The position numbers and the translations under genes were made by a program. This document shows positions 8,410 to 19,292 of a stretch of 64,000 nt of DNA, one piece after another. Position 1 is the stretch's first letter, and every line of letters starts with the position of its first letter. The notes beneath the pieces are model-generated. The model saw only the letters and a program-made list of their open reading frames with translations. It searched no databases and was not told the DNA's origin. Origin of the DNA: an uncultured bacterium (GTDB lineage: Bacteria > Bacillota_I > Bacilli_A > RFN20 > CAG-826); NCBI GenBank assembly GCA_949299335.1, contig CASGAD010000014.1:66330-130329 (forward strand), read 5' to 3'.

Positions 8410-9282
8410 ATGAAGAGTGGATTTGTCTGTTTAGTTGGTCGTTCCAATGTCGGAAAATCAACTATTTTGAATCGTATTATCGGAAAAAAGGTTTCAATCG
8501 TTTCTCCTAAATCTCAAACCACAAGAAATTCTATTCAAGGAATTTATAATGATGAAGATTCTCAAATAATTTTCGTTGATACTCCAGGAATTCATAAACC
8601 TAAGAATGCTTTAGGCGAAACAATGGATAAAATTTCATATTCTTCAATTAGAGATTGCGATTTAGCTATTTTTGTTGTGGATGCTAGTAAGCCTTTTAAT
8701 GAAGGTGACCAATATCTTTTTGATCATTTAAAATTTGATTGCAATGTAATAATTGTTTTAAACAAAATTGATGAAACTAATGTTGAATTAGTAAATGACT
8801 TAAAAAATAGATATGTTGAGCAATATCATCCAGTAGAAGTTGTACAGACTTGTGCTTTTGATGGTTTTGGTATTAAAGATTTAATAGGAGCAATTAAAAA
8901 GAACCTTGATGAAGGTCCTCAATATTATGATGTATCTACAACAACCAATAGAGATTTAGCCTTTAGAATTCAAGAAATTATAAGAGAAAAAATGCTAACT
9001 TTATTAAGAGAAGAAGTTCCTCATTCATCAACAGTTGTATGCGAAAAAATTGATGATGAAGAGTATCCATTAACAATATACGCTAAAATAATCGTTGAAA
9101 AAGATAGTCAAAAAGGAATAGTAATTGGTTCTAGAGGAATAATGATTCGTAAGATTGGAACATATGCTAGACAAGATATTGAAGCTATGCTAGGAAAACA
9201 TATAAATTTACAATTAAACGTACAAGTAGTAGAAAACTGGAGAAATTCTAGTAGATTTTTAGTAAGAAATGGCTTTAATTAA
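8410..9282 (+). CDS. era: GTPase Era
   Basis: G1 motif GRSNVGKST, DTPG, NKID, C-terminal KH domain. Start chosen at ATG 8410 (MKSGFV), 1 nt after the cdd stop, rather than 8365. Confidence 0.92.
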   Translation: MKSGFVCLVGRSNVGKSTILNRIIGKKVSIVSPKSQTTRNSIQGIYNDEDSQIIFVDTPGIHKPKNALGETMDKISYSSIRDCDLAIFVVDASKPFNEGDQYLFDHLKFDCNVIIVLNKIDETNVELVNDLKNRYVEQYHPVEVVQTCAFDGFGIKDLIGAIKKNLDEGPQYYDVSTTTNRDLAFRIQEIIREKMLTLLREEVPHSSTVVCEKIDDEEYPLTIYAKIIVEKDSQKGIVIGSRGIMIRKIGTYARQDIEAMLGKHINLQLNVQVVENWRNSSRFLVRNGFN

Positions 9283-9284
9283 TA

Positions 9285-10007
9285 ATGGAATTAATTAATG
9301 GTATTGTTGTTTCACTATCAAAATATAGAGACAATGATGCAATAATAAATGTTTTAACTCCTAATGATCTTGTCCCTATTATTATTAGAGGAGCATATTC
9401 AAAAGGTAGTAAGTATTTGCAATATGCAAAAACTTTTTATAGTGGCGAATTTGAAACCTATAAAGGACAAACAAAATATTTAAAGCTTAGAGCAGTTAAA
9501 ATAGATGAAGATTTTAATCTTCTATTTAGTGATTATAAATCTTTAATGTGCTTAGAATTAATTAAAGAACTATTTACAAAGGCTTTTTCTAGTGATTCAG
9601 TTTCAAATTTTTATCTACTTTTAAAAGTGACATTAAAAAATATTAAAGAAACGCATGAGACTCTTAAATACACTTTATTATTCGTTGCTTATTTTTTAAG
9701 AATTTCAGGCTACTCTGTAGTAGTTAATGAGTGTTCGAGTTGCCATAAAGCTGGGAAATTTGAATATTTTTCTTTTTCTAATGGTGGGTTTATTTGCAAT
9801 GAATGCAAAAATGAAAATGATATTAAACTAAATGAACAAGAAAAATGTATACTTGTAAGCTTATTTACCTATCGATATAGTGAAAATGCTAAAAATATCG
9901 ATGCTAACGATGAAATTTATTTAGGATTACTTAACATTTTGTGTGAATTTATAACGTTTTATAACAATATTAAAATTATTTCGTTAGAATTATTAAAAAT
10001 ACACTGA
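9285..10007 (+). CDS. recO: DNA repair protein RecO
   Basis: OB-fold N-terminus and Zn motif CSSC..CNEC. Position after era as in Firmicutes. Confidence 0.85.
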   Translation: MELINGIVVSLSKYRDNDAIINVLTPNDLVPIIIRGAYSKGSKYLQYAKTFYSGEFETYKGQTKYLKLRAVKIDEDFNLLFSDYKSLMCLELIKELFTKAFSSDSVSNFYLLLKVTLKNIKETHETLKYTLLFVAYFLRISGYSVVVNECSSCHKAGKFEYFSFSNGGFICNECKNENDIKLNEQEKCILVSLFTYRYSENAKNIDANDEIYLGLLNILCEFITFYNNIKIISLELLKIH

Positions 10008-10014
10008 TATTAGG

Positions 10015-10043
10015 TTGACAGAATAAATCATAATAACTATACT
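10015..10043 (+). promoter_or_regulatory. Sigma-A promoter of glyQS-dnaG-sigA
   Basis: TTGACA (10015-10020), 17-nt spacer, TATACT (10038-10043). Confidence 0.6.
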
Positions 10044-10147
10044 TATGAGCATTGAGGCTTTCGTGAAATTAGTTATGTTATTAAATACGATAGTAATTAT
10101 TTATAAAAATAATTAATTTGTTATTTAGTTAAAAGGAGATTTTTAGT

Positions 10148-11521
10148 ATGGATAATAAATTTGAAACGCTTGTAACGCATTTGCAAACAACTGGATATGT
10201 ATTTCAGGGTTCACAAATCTATGGTGGTTTAAGCAATTCATGGGATTATGGTCCTTTAGGAAGTGAGTTAAAAAACAATTTAAAGGATTTATGGTGGAAA
10301 AAATTTGTAAGTGAATCACCTACAAATGTTGGAATCGATGCTTCTATTTTGATGAATCCACGTGTTTGGCAAGCAACAGGCCACGTTTCAACTTTTAACG
10401 ATCCATTGATTGATTGTAAACATTGCCATGCACGTCATAGAGCAGATGACTTAATAAGCGAACAATTTCCAGAAGTGGATGTAAATGCTATGACTATGGA
10501 AGAAATGAGTGCATTTATTAAAGAACATGAAGTTAAATGTCCTGCTTGCGGAAAGTCTAATTTTACAGATGTTAGACAATTCAATATGATGTTTAAAACT
10601 CATATTGGTGTCACCGAAGATTCTAAAAGTGTTGTTTATCTTAGACCAGAAACAGCTCAAGGTGTTTTTGTAAACTTTAAAAACGTTCAAAGAACAACAA
10701 GAAAAAAGTTACCACTTGGTATTGCTAATGTAGGAAAATCATTTAGAAACGAAATTACTCCAGGGAACTTTATATTTAGAACTCGTGAATTTACTCAAAT
10801 GGAGCTTGAATTCTTCTGTAAACCTAATACAGATTTAGAATGGTTTAAATATTGGAAAGATTTTTCTATCGATTTTGTAAAATCTTTAGGTATTAAAGAA
10901 GAAAACTTACGTTTTAGAGATCATGAACCTGAAGAATTAGCTTTTTATTCAAAGGCAACAACTGATATCGAGTATAAATTTCCTTTTGGCTGGGGAGAAA
11001 TCTGGGGTATTGCTGATAGAACCGATTATGACTTAAAAAGGCATCAAGAATTTAGTGGTGAATCCTTAGAATATTTAGATCCAGAAACTAATGAAAAATA
11101 TATTCCTTATTGTATTGAACCAAGTTTAGGACTTGATAGATTATTTTTAATGGTAGTAACTGATAGTTATGATGAAGAAACATTAGATAATGGTGAAATT
11201 AGAAAAGTAATGCACCTTAAGCCATTCTTAGCACCATTTAAAGCAGCTATTTTACCTTTAAATAATAAATTAACAGATAAAGCATTATCTGTATTTAACG
11301 ATTTAATCCCATATATTAGGGTAAATTTTGATACAACAGGTAGTATTGGCAAAAGATATCGTAGAAATGATGAAATCGGTACACCATATTGCGTAACAAT
11401 TGATTTTGATACATTAAACGATGAATCAGTTACTGTTAGAGATCGTGACACAATGCTTCAAGAAAGAATTAAAATTTCCGATTTAAAGAATTACTTATTA
11501 GAAAAAACTTTTTATAAATGA
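10148..11521 (+). CDS. glyQS: Glycine--tRNA ligase (single-chain class II)
   Basis: Motifs [26 protein letters not shown] and GLDRL. 457 aa. SD AAAGGAG. Confidence 0.93.
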   Translation: MDNKFETLVTHLQTTGYVFQGSQIYGGLSNSWDYGPLGSELKNNLKDLWWKKFVSESPTNVGIDASILMNPRVWQATGHVSTFNDPLIDCKHCHARHRADDLISEQFPEVDVNAMTMEEMSAFIKEHEVKCPACGKSNFTDVRQFNMMFKTHIGVTEDSKSVVYLRPETAQGVFVNFKNVQRTTRKKLPLGIANVGKSFRNEITPGNFIFRTREFTQMELEFFCKPNTDLEWFKYWKDFSIDFVKSLGIKEENLRFRDHEPEELAFYSKATTDIEYKFPFGWGEIWGIADRTDYDLKRHQEFSGESLEYLDPETNEKYIPYCIEPSLGLDRLFLMVVTDSYDEETLDNGEIRKVMHLKPFLAPFKAAILPLNNKLTDKALSVFNDLIPYIRVNFDTTGSIGKRYRRNDEIGTPYCVTIDFDTLNDESVTVRDRDTMLQERIKISDLKNYLLEKTFYK

Positions 11522-13377
11522 CAAATATATTTGATTTAGCAAACGACATTTTAAAATCAGCAGACATAGTCGAAGTTGTTTCTCATTATATTAAACTAGA
11601 AAAGAGGGGAAAAAACTACGAAGCTCTATGTCCTTTTCACGATGATAAAAAATTAGGAAATTTCTATGTTAGTCAAGAAAAAGGCATTTTTAAATGCTTT
11701 GCATGTAATAGTGGAGGTAACGCAATAACCTTTGTTCAAAAATATAACAATTGTAGTTTTGTCGAAGCTGTTAAAAAAGTTGCTGAAATTATTGGCTATC
11801 GAGATGAAAGACTTCAAGATATTATTCAAGAAAAGAAAATTGATCCAAAAATTCAAGCTATATACGATTGTTTGAATGATATTGCTAACTTTTACGAAAC
11901 AAGTTTGTTTCAAAGCGAAGAATCTCATGAAGCTTTAGAGTATTTACATAATAGAGGATTAAGCGACGATGTAATTAAATACTTTAGAATCGGTTATGCG
12001 CAATTAAAAGGTGAAAATGTTATTAATTTTTTGCTTAAAAAAGGATATTCCTTACAAACAATTAGTGATGCAGGTATTTTGAATCTTTCTCAAACACCTT
12101 ATAGAGATATTAATTCTGGAAGAATTGCTTTTTCGATCAGTGATAAAGACAATAATATTGTTGGCTTTAGCTGTCGTAAATTTAGAGAGTTTGACGATTC
12201 AAATGCTAAATATATTAATACTAGTTCAACAAAATTATTTAATAAATCAAATATTTTATTTAACTTTTATAACGCTAGTCTTGAATCCAAAAAAGTTGGA
12301 TATGTCTATATATTAGAGGGCTTTATGGATGTTATTGCCTGTTATAGAGTAGGCATCAAGAGTGCAATTGGTTTAATGGGCACAGCTTTAACTAAAGAAA
12401 ATATTCAATTATTGAGATATTTAAAGTGTGATGTTAGATTATGTCTTGATTTAGATGAACCAGGTCAAATGAACACCTTAAAAATTGCTGATTTATTAGA
12501 TGCTAGTGGTATTAAATATCAAATTGTCAATAACGAAGTTGATTTCAAGGTTAAAGATAGTGATGAAATTTTAAAAAATTATGGTGAAGAAAAGTTAAGA
12601 GAATATTTAACTAGACTAGTCAATAAAGGTGAATATTTAATTAATTACTATACTAAAAATTCTAGTTTTGATACTTTAGAGCACAAAAAAGAATTTTTAA
12701 GAAAAATGATTCCTTTTCTTGCTTCGTTAAATGATCCATTAGATTTTGAAGAATATATTAATAAAGTAAATTTAAAGACTGGTTTTAGTAAAGACATTAT
12801 TAAAACTTATGTCAAAAAGTATATTAAGAAAAATAAAGAAGTAAAGGAAAGTGAAGAGATCGAGCTTGAAATTAATGAGCATGAATTGCTTTCAAGAAAT
12901 AAAGTTGTATCACGTCTTAATTTAGCTGAAATGCAAATTATAAGATACATGCTTGAAAACAAAGATGCTGTAAAAATATATCAAGAACGATTAGGCTACT
13001 TTGTAGAACCTTCGTATCGAAATATCGCCAGTACAATTGAAGAATTTATTGTACATCAAGGTGATCAAACTGATTATAACGTCCAAAATATTGTAACTTA
13101 CTTATCAAATGATGATTGCAAAATTAACAATAAAGATAAAGTTATTGATGATATTTCTGGCGTATTAATTAATACATATCTATTGCCACCATATTCTGAA
13201 GAGGAAATGCTTGGCATACTTGAGACGATTAATGTCGAAAAAGCGTCTCGAAGATTAAAACAGGATTTAGATGCTTCCTCAAAAGGAGCTTCTGAACTTG
13301 AAAAAGCAGAATTAGCTAAAGCTGCATTAGTAAGAAAAACAAGTCTTATTCAGGACTTAGATAAAAAAAGGAGGTAA
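11518..13377 (+). CDS. dnaG: DNA primase
   Basis: Zn finger CPFHDDK...CFAC, TOPRIM motif EGFMDV. The ATG overlaps the glyQS TGA. Confidence 0.92.
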   Translation: MTNIFDLANDILKSADIVEVVSHYIKLEKRGKNYEALCPFHDDKKLGNFYVSQEKGIFKCFACNSGGNAITFVQKYNNCSFVEAVKKVAEIIGYRDERLQDIIQEKKIDPKIQAIYDCLNDIANFYETSLFQSEESHEALEYLHNRGLSDDVIKYFRIGYAQLKGENVINFLLKKGYSLQTISDAGILNLSQTPYRDINSGRIAFSISDKDNNIVGFSCRKFREFDDSNAKYINTSSTKLFNKSNILFNFYNASLESKKVGYVYILEGFMDVIACYRVGIKSAIGLMGTALTKENIQLLRYLKCDVRLCLDLDEPGQMNTLKIADLLDASGIKYQIVNNEVDFKVKDSDEILKNYGEEKLREYLTRLVNKGEYLINYYTKNSSFDTLEHKKEFLRKMIPFLASLNDPLDFEEYINKVNLKTGFSKDIIKTYVKKYIKKNKEVKESEEIELEINEHELLSRNKVVSRLNLAEMQIIRYMLENKDAVKIYQERLGYFVEPSYRNIASTIEEFIVHQGDQTDYNVQNIVTYLSNDDCKINNKDKVIDDISGVLINTYLLPPYSEEEMLGILETINVEKASRRLKQDLDASSKGASELEKAELAKAALVRKTSLIQDLDKKRR

Positions 13378-13382
13378 CTTAT

Positions 13383-14660
13383 ATGACTACAAGCAAAAAG
13401 AAAAAGGATATTGTCGAAGAAGAAAACGAAGAACTAGATGATGAATTACTAGATGATGCTTCAGATAATGTCATTATTGAAGATGAGGATGAAGGAATTA
13501 AGAGTTTAGAACAAGTTATTAAAGAATTTGAACAAAAGTATAAAAGTTCAAAAATTATTGATCAAGACGAATTTTTAGATGCAACAAGTTACCTTGATTT
13601 AAACGATGATGATTACGAAAAAGTTTTCGAACGCTTTAAAAAGGCTGGCTTTGAATTAACAGGTGGAGAAAAAGATACTGATTTAGATGATGTTGATATC
13701 CCAGATGATCTTAGTGAAGAAGATTTAGTTTCTGATGAAGAAGATTTTGATGATATTGATTTAGCTGAAAGCGAAGAATCTCAAATTGATGTTAATAACC
13801 TTGAAAACTTCGAAAACACAGATGTTAAAGTTAATGATAGTGTTAAACTTTATCTTAAAGAAATTGGTAGAGTACCTTTATTAAAGCCTCAAGAAGAGCA
13901 AGAACTCGCAAAAAGAATTGTGGCTGGCGATAAGGTTGCTAAAGATAAGCTTATTACTGCTAACTTACGTTTAGTTGTTTCTATTGCAAAACACTATATT
14001 GGTAGAGGTATGCAATTTTTGGATTTAATTGAAGAAGGAAACTTGGGACTAATGAAAGCAGTCGATAAATTCGACTATACTAAAGGTTTTAAATTTTCAA
14101 CATATGCCACTTGGTGGATAAGACAAGCTATTACTAGAGCAATTGCTGACCAAGCAAGAACCATTAGAATCCCAGTCCATATGGTAGAAACAATTAATAA
14201 GATTACAAAAGCTCAAAGACAATTAACTCAAGAATTAGGAAGAGATCCAACTGAAGAAGAGATTTCTGAAAAATTAGCAGATCCAACCTTAACACCAGAT
14301 AGAATTAGAACAATTACCGGCTTAGCTTTAGAACCTGTTTCTTTAGAAAGTCCAATTGGTGAAGAAGATGATTCTCATTTAGGAGACTTTGTTGAAGATA
14401 AAGATAGTGTTTCTCCAACTGATTACACAACTCAATCATTAATTAGAGATGCTCTTTATAACGTTATGAATGATTTGACTGATCGTGAAGAAAGAGTTCT
14501 TAGACTTAGATATGGTCTAGATGATAATAGACCTAGAACATTAGAAGAAGTTGGTAAAGAATTTGGTGTCACTAGAGAAAGAATTCGTCAAATTGAAGCA
14601 AAAGCTATTAGAAAGTTAAGACATCCAAATAGAACAAAAAAATTGGATGATTTTCATTAA
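13383..14660 (+). CDS. rpoD: Primary sigma factor RpoD/SigA
   Basis: Acidic region 1.1, region 2 motifs [11 protein letters not shown] and [13 protein letters not shown], region 4 motif [11 protein letters not shown]. Confidence 0.95.
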   Translation: MTTSKKKKDIVEEENEELDDELLDDASDNVIIEDEDEGIKSLEQVIKEFEQKYKSSKIIDQDEFLDATSYLDLNDDDYEKVFERFKKAGFELTGGEKDTDLDDVDIPDDLSEEDLVSDEEDFDDIDLAESEESQIDVNNLENFENTDVKVNDSVKLYLKEIGRVPLLKPQEEQELAKRIVAGDKVAKDKLITANLRLVVSIAKHYIGRGMQFLDLIEEGNLGLMKAVDKFDYTKGFKFSTYATWWIRQAITRAIADQARTIRIPVHMVETINKITKAQRQLTQELGRDPTEEEISEKLADPTLTPDRIRTITGLALEPVSLESPIGEEDDSHLGDFVEDKDSVSPTDYTTQSLIRDALYNVMNDLTDREERVLRLRYGLDDNRPRTLEEVGKEFGVTRERIRQIEAKAIRKLRHPNRTKKLDDFH

Positions 14661-14663
14661 TTT

Positions 14664-15350
14664 ATGATTTCTAATAGACTAAAAGCAATTGTTTCATTAA
14701 TAAAAAATGACAATAACATAGCTGATATTGGTAGCGACCATGGTTATGTGCTTTTAGAATTACGTAAAAAAGGCTTTAAGTCGAAATTATTGGGTGTTGA
14801 AAATAAAGAACACCCTTTTTTGCGTTTAAAGAAAAATATTATGGCTAGTGGAATTAAGGATATCGCTTGTAGTTTATCTAATGGATTAGATGCTTTACCT
14901 AATAATTATAAAACCATTGTTATTGCTGGAATGGGATTTGATGTAATAAAAAATATTATTTCTCAAAATATAGATAAATTAGATCATATTACCAATATTG
15001 TTATTGATTCACATACAGATAAAGATAAAGTAAGGCCATATTTTTTATCTTTAGGCTATGATGTAGAAGATGAAACTATAATTTTTGAAGATAATATTTA
15101 TTATGATTTAATTGCATTTATTAAAGTTAATAGTATTCAAAAATACTCTAAGGAAGAATTAGAATTTGGAAAAATTAATTTAAAAGCTAAATCTAGTACT
15201 TTTATTAATATGTTAAATGCTGAAATCGTTAAAAATAATGATATTATTAATAAAATTAACAACAGTAATAGTAAACGAATTAATGAACTTGAAAAGCGTA
15301 ATAATTATTTAAGAGGTATATTAAATGAAAACAAGAGCTCTATTAACTAA
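14664..15350 (+). CDS. trmK: tRNA (adenine22-N1)-methyltransferase TrmK
   Basis: ADIGSDHGY SAM-binding motif. Synteny after sigA (yqfN position). Confidence 0.8.
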   Translation: MISNRLKAIVSLIKNDNNIADIGSDHGYVLLELRKKGFKSKLLGVENKEHPFLRLKKNIMASGIKDIACSLSNGLDALPNNYKTIVIAGMGFDVIKNIISQNIDKLDHITNIVIDSHTDKDKVRPYFLSLGYDVEDETIIFEDNIYYDLIAFIKVNSIQKYSKEELEFGKINLKAKSSTFINMLNAEIVKNNDIINKINNSNSKRINELEKRNNYLRGILNENKSSIN

Positions 15351-16107
15351 ATTATCTAAATTATTTCCTAAAAAAATAGCTGAGGCTTATGATTTTCCTG
15401 GTTTACAGGTTTCAAAATTAAAAGAAGAAACCAATATAATTTTGCTTTGTTTGGACTTTGATGAAGATGTGTTAAATTATATATTAAAAAATAATTTAGA
15501 AAATAAACTCGACTTAATTATCACCCATCATCCATTTATTTTTGGTAAAAAGAAAGAAATTTTAGCTAATGATAATATAAAAAACTATCTTTACCATAAA
15601 ATGGAAGAATTAAATATTCCAATTTATAGTTTTCATACTAACTTTGATAGTGGTGTAAATGGAATGAATGATGCTCTTATTAATAAACTTGAATTATCAA
15701 ATCCTCATAGATTGATTAGTGAGCCTATGGCTTGTGGAGGGGATTTGCCTTATGAAATGACAGTAGAAGAGTTTGCTAAATATGTTTTAGATAAATTAGA
15801 TGTCGATTATGGATTACTCTTAAATTATGGTAGTAAAGTAATAAAAAACGCAGCCATTATTGGTGGAGGTGGATGGAGGAGCTTTAAAGCTGCTCAATTA
15901 GAAAGTTATGATATTTTTATTAGTGGAGATATTCCTCATCATGGTAGAAGAGATGTAGTTGCTAATAAATATAATTATTTAGACCTGCCTCATGAAGTAG
16001 AAAATATTTTTATGGAACAAATGAAAAAAATACTACTATCTTTCGATAGCAGTATCGATGTTATTTCCTTATATCAGGAACAGTTTCCCAAAGTGATTTG
16101 TAAGTGA
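15325..16107 (+). CDS. Nif3-family dinuclear metal-centre protein (YqfO-like)
   Basis: IITHHP motif, HTNFD, C-terminal HH. Synteny after trmK. Confidence 0.8.
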   Translation: MKTRALLTKLSKLFPKKIAEAYDFPGLQVSKLKEETNIILLCLDFDEDVLNYILKNNLENKLDLIITHHPFIFGKKKEILANDNIKNYLYHKMEELNIPIYSFHTNFDSGVNGMNDALINKLELSNPHRLISEPMACGGDLPYEMTVEEFAKYVLDKLDVDYGLLLNYGSKVIKNAAIIGGGGWRSFKAAQLESYDIFISGDIPHHGRRDVVANKYNYLDLPHEVENIFMEQMKKILLSFDSSIDVISLYQEQFPKVICK

Positions 16108-16978
16108 AGTAGTTATAAATATCATTTACAACATTTTGATGAACACTCCCATCAGAAACTAATAATATACGTTTCTCAGATGGGATTTTAATTTGCATAG
16201 CGTCTTTTACATCTTTAACAACGGCATAAAGTATATTTTTAGTAGTTAAGTGGTAGTATTCTAGTAGATATTTGTCATATGATGTAGTATCTGTAATGAA
16301 TATAATGACATCATTATCCTTTAAGTTTTCTTCTAAATTCTTTTTTCTATCGAAGTTTTCATCACTTATTTCATCCTCAATAACAGCATTAGGAAGTAAC
16401 TTACGAAGATAATCTAGGGAGCTATCAAAACTAGAACCAGCAAGTTCAGTTTGATATAAAATATGTGTTTTTGATTTATTGAATTTCTTTTCAGTAATAA
16501 CTGATTTAGCCTTTGCAGCATCATTTACATCATAAAATATAAAACTGAATTTTGATTCATTAGTAAGATAGTTTGCTTCTATTGTATTTGTATTACCAAC
16601 AAAAATAATATTGTATTTTCCTTTAGAATTATTGATAAAATCTAATTTTTTCTTAACATTAGGCGATAGCGTTTCAAAAAATCTAAAATGTTCTTTCTTT
16701 AAAACATTGATAGTTTCATGATCACAGCCATAAGGAGAAGTTAAAACGATTGTATCGTTATTTAAATTCTTTAAAAAATCACTAAAGCCCATTGAAGGAA
16801 TATCGACTACATCAATTCCTAATTGCTTTAATTCTTTTTTAATTGCGTTGGCATTTAATAATCCGCCTAAAAGAATGATTTTCTCATTTGGAAAGTCAAA
16901 ACGTGTTTTTCTAGCTATATTTAGTAAGTTTTCCATTGCTGGAGAATAACCAGCTGGAAGTATTAATGTTGTATCCAT
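16061..16978 (-). CDS. IspH/LytB-like protein that lacks the three [4Fe-4S] cysteine ligands (degenerate paralogue or pseudoenzyme)
   Basis: Collinear with remembered IspH motifs along its whole length: PAGYSPAMENL vs PRGFCAGVDRA, ETLSPNVKK vs DATCPLVTK, EISDENFDRK vs DICYATTNRQ, QTE vs QTT, SDGS vs AGAS. It occupies the position and opposite orientation of B. subtilis ispH (yqfP) next to yqfO. Confidence 0.55.
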   Translation of the reverse strand: MDTTLILPAGYSPAMENLLNIARKTRFDFPNEKIILLGGLLNANAIKKELKQLGIDVVDIPSMGFSDFLKNLNNDTIVLTSPYGCDHETINVLKKEHFRFFETLSPNVKKKLDFINNSKGKYNIIFVGNTNTIEANYLTNESKFSFIFYDVNDAAKAKSVITEKKFNKSKTHILYQTELAGSSFDSSLDYLRKLLPNAVIEDEISDENFDRKKNLEENLKDNDVIIFITDTTSYDKYLLEYYHLTTKNILYAVVKDVKDAMQIKIPSEKRILLVSDGSVHQNVVNDIYNYFTYKSLWETVPDIRK

Positions 16979-17036
16979 GGTAATATTTTAACATTTATAA
17001 TGAAAAAATCATCCAAATTATATAAAATTAGAAACT

Positions 17037-18395
17037 ATGAAATTCAGTGCATTTAATATTAGTAAAGATTTAGTAAAAATTTTAGAAGAAAAAGGTTATG
17101 TTGAGACCACACCAATTCAACAAGTCGTTTTATCAAAAGCATTAAAAGGTGAGAACATTGTCGCTAAAAGCGAAACTGGAAGTGGAAAGACACACGCTTT
17201 TTTAATTCCAATTATTGAAAACGCAAAAGAGTCCAATTCATTACAAGCAATTATTTTGGCTCCTTCTAGAGAATTAGCGAGACAAACTTATAAATTTGCT
17301 TGTGAGATTTGTAATGAGATTTCCTATAAAAAGATTAATGTTAAACTTTTTATAAGTGGAGAAGATTCATCTAAGGATTTAAAATCTTTTAAAAATGGTT
17401 GTAATATTTTAATTGCTACTCCCGGAAAATTAAAAAGTTTGATTGAGCAAACGGATTTCGATTTAGCACAATTAAAGACATTAGTTCTAGATGAAGCCGA
17501 TATGCTTTTAGATAGTGGATTTTTCCAAACAATTGATTCGATTATTAAAAAGTGCGATAAGAGCTTGCAAATTGAAGTTTTTAGTGCAACTATTTCTGAA
17601 GGACTGGAAGTATTTTTGAAAAAATATATTTCTCCTGATTATGTAGTTACATCTACAACAAATGAATTAACTTCAAAAACAGTTAAACATTTCTTCATTA
17701 ATACTAAACATAAAGATACACTTGAATTACTTTTAGTATTTATTAATCAATTTAACCCTTATTTATTATTGATATTTGCTAACTCCAAAAAGAAAGCTAG
17801 AGACATTTATAATTTCTTGTCACAAAACAAGATTAAATGTGGCATTTTAAGCGGTGAATTGGAAGCTAGAGAAAGAAAATCTATGCTTAGAAGAATAAAA
17901 AATGATGAATTTAGGGTTGTGGTATGTTCAGATTTGGTAAGTAGAGGTTTAGACATTGAGAATGTATCAGATGTTTTAAGTGTCGATTTACCTAATAACC
18001 TTGAATATTATTATCACCGTGCAGGAAGAACCGGAAGAAACTGCAAAACTGGAAATAGTTATGTGTTTTATGATCACGATACCTTTGATTTACCATCCAA
18101 ATTAGTTCAAGATGGACTTGAAGTAAGTTTTTTAAAACTTGATAATGGAGTTTTTGTTCCTACAAGTTCACCAATTAAGGATAAAAGAAAGGCCAAAAAA
18201 ACTCCTACCGAATTAGATTTAGAGATTAAAAAAGCTAAAATTAAAACAATGAGTAAAAAAGTTAAACCAGGCTATAAAAAGAAGGTAAAAGTTGCTATTG
18301 ATAAGGTAAAAAGAAAACATAGAAGAGAAATAATTAAAAAAGATATTAGAAGACAACGTGAAGAACGTTACATAAAAGAAAGCAAAGAAAGATAA
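17037..18395 (+). CDS. DEAD-box ATP-dependent RNA helicase (CshB/YqfR-like) with a K/R-rich tail
   Basis: Q motif, TGSGKT, DEAD (LDEADM), SAT, HRAGRTGR. Confidence 0.9.
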   Translation: MKFSAFNISKDLVKILEEKGYVETTPIQQVVLSKALKGENIVAKSETGSGKTHAFLIPIIENAKESNSLQAIILAPSRELARQTYKFACEICNEISYKKINVKLFISGEDSSKDLKSFKNGCNILIATPGKLKSLIEQTDFDLAQLKTLVLDEADMLLDSGFFQTIDSIIKKCDKSLQIEVFSATISEGLEVFLKKYISPDYVVTSTTNELTSKTVKHFFINTKHKDTLELLLVFINQFNPYLLLIFANSKKKARDIYNFLSQNKIKCGILSGELEARERKSMLRRIKNDEFRVVVCSDLVSRGLDIENVSDVLSVDLPNNLEYYYHRAGRTGRNCKTGNSYVFYDHDTFDLPSKLVQDGLEVSFLKLDNGVFVPTSSPIKDKRKAKKTPTELDLEIKKAKIKTMSKKVKPGYKKKVKVAIDKVKRKHRREIIKKDIRRQREERYIKESKER

Positions 18396-18398
18396 TTT

Positions 18399-19292
18399 AT
18401 GGTTTATAAAAGTGATGAATTGTTAATTGGAAGCCATGTTTCAATGAGTGGACCAAGATATTTTTTAGGAAGTGTAGAAGAAAGTATAAAAAATAACGCC
18501 AATACTTTAATGTTTTATACTGGTTCACCTCAATCTATGGCTCGTTCTCCAATTGAAAAATGTAAAATTAAAGAAGCACTCGCTTTAATGAATGAAAAAA
18601 ATATAGATATTAATAAAGTTGTTTGTCATGCGCCATATTTAATAAACTTAGGAAATCCAATTAATTCTGATAAATTCGTTTTTTCTAGAAATTTATTAGC
18701 TAATGAGGTTGATAGATGTCATAGTTTTAATGTTAAACTTTTAGTTTTACATCCAGGCGCCCATTTAGGCATAGGAAATGATGAAGCTATTAAAAATATA
18801 GCTCATGGTATAAACGATGTTTTATCTATGATAGATTACGATATTATAATCTGTTTGGAAACTATGGCTGGTAAAGGAACAGAAGTAGGCTCTAACTTAG
18901 AAGAAATTAAAAAAATCATCGATTTAATCGACAAAAAAGAGAAAATTGGAGTTTGTATTGATACTTGTCATTTAAACGATGCAGGTTATGATTTAAGAGA
19001 TTCAGATGCTTTTTTAAACTATTTTGATGAAGTTATCGGACTAAATTATTTAAAAGTAGTCCATCTAAATGATTCATTAAATTATAAAGGAGCACATAAG
19101 GATCGTCATGCAAATATTGGGTTAGGGACTATAGGATTTGATGTTTTAAGAAATTTTGCTTTTAATCCAAAATTAAAAGATGTTCCTAAAATATTAGAAA
19201 CACCTTATTTTAATGATAAGCCACCTTATAAATTAGAAATAGAAATGATAAGGGATGGAAATTTTATTAAAGAAAAATATTTAAATTTATAA
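18399..19292 (+). CDS. nfo: Endonuclease IV
   Basis: AP-endonuclease family 2 motifs HAPYLINL, LHPG, DTCH and HLNDS. Confidence 0.9.
   Translation: MVYKSDELLIGSHVSMSGPRYFLGSVEESIKNNANTLMFYTGSPQSMARSPIEKCKIKEALALMNEKNIDINKVVCHAPYLINLGNPINSDKFVFSRNLLANEVDRCHSFNVKLLVLHPGAHLGIGNDEAIKNIAHGINDVLSMIDYDIIICLETMAGKGTEVGSNLEEIKKIIDLIDKKEKIGVCIDTCHLNDAGYDLRDSDAFLNYFDEVIGLNYLKVVHLNDSLNYKGAHKDRHANIGLGTIGFDVLRNFAFNPKLKDVPKILETPYFNDKPPYKLEIEMIRDGNFIKEKYLNL

Noticed and set aside
10008-10147. Expected T-box riboswitch leaders upstream of glyQS, and likewise upstream of hisS (44618-44693), aspS and valS.
   Set aside because: The leaders are only about 75-105 nt after the promoters or are absent altogether. 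I could not find a T-box consensus (AATTAGGGTGGTACCGCG-like) or a terminator/antiterminator pair. AT-only hairpins such as TAATTATTT/AAATAATTA are too weak to call.
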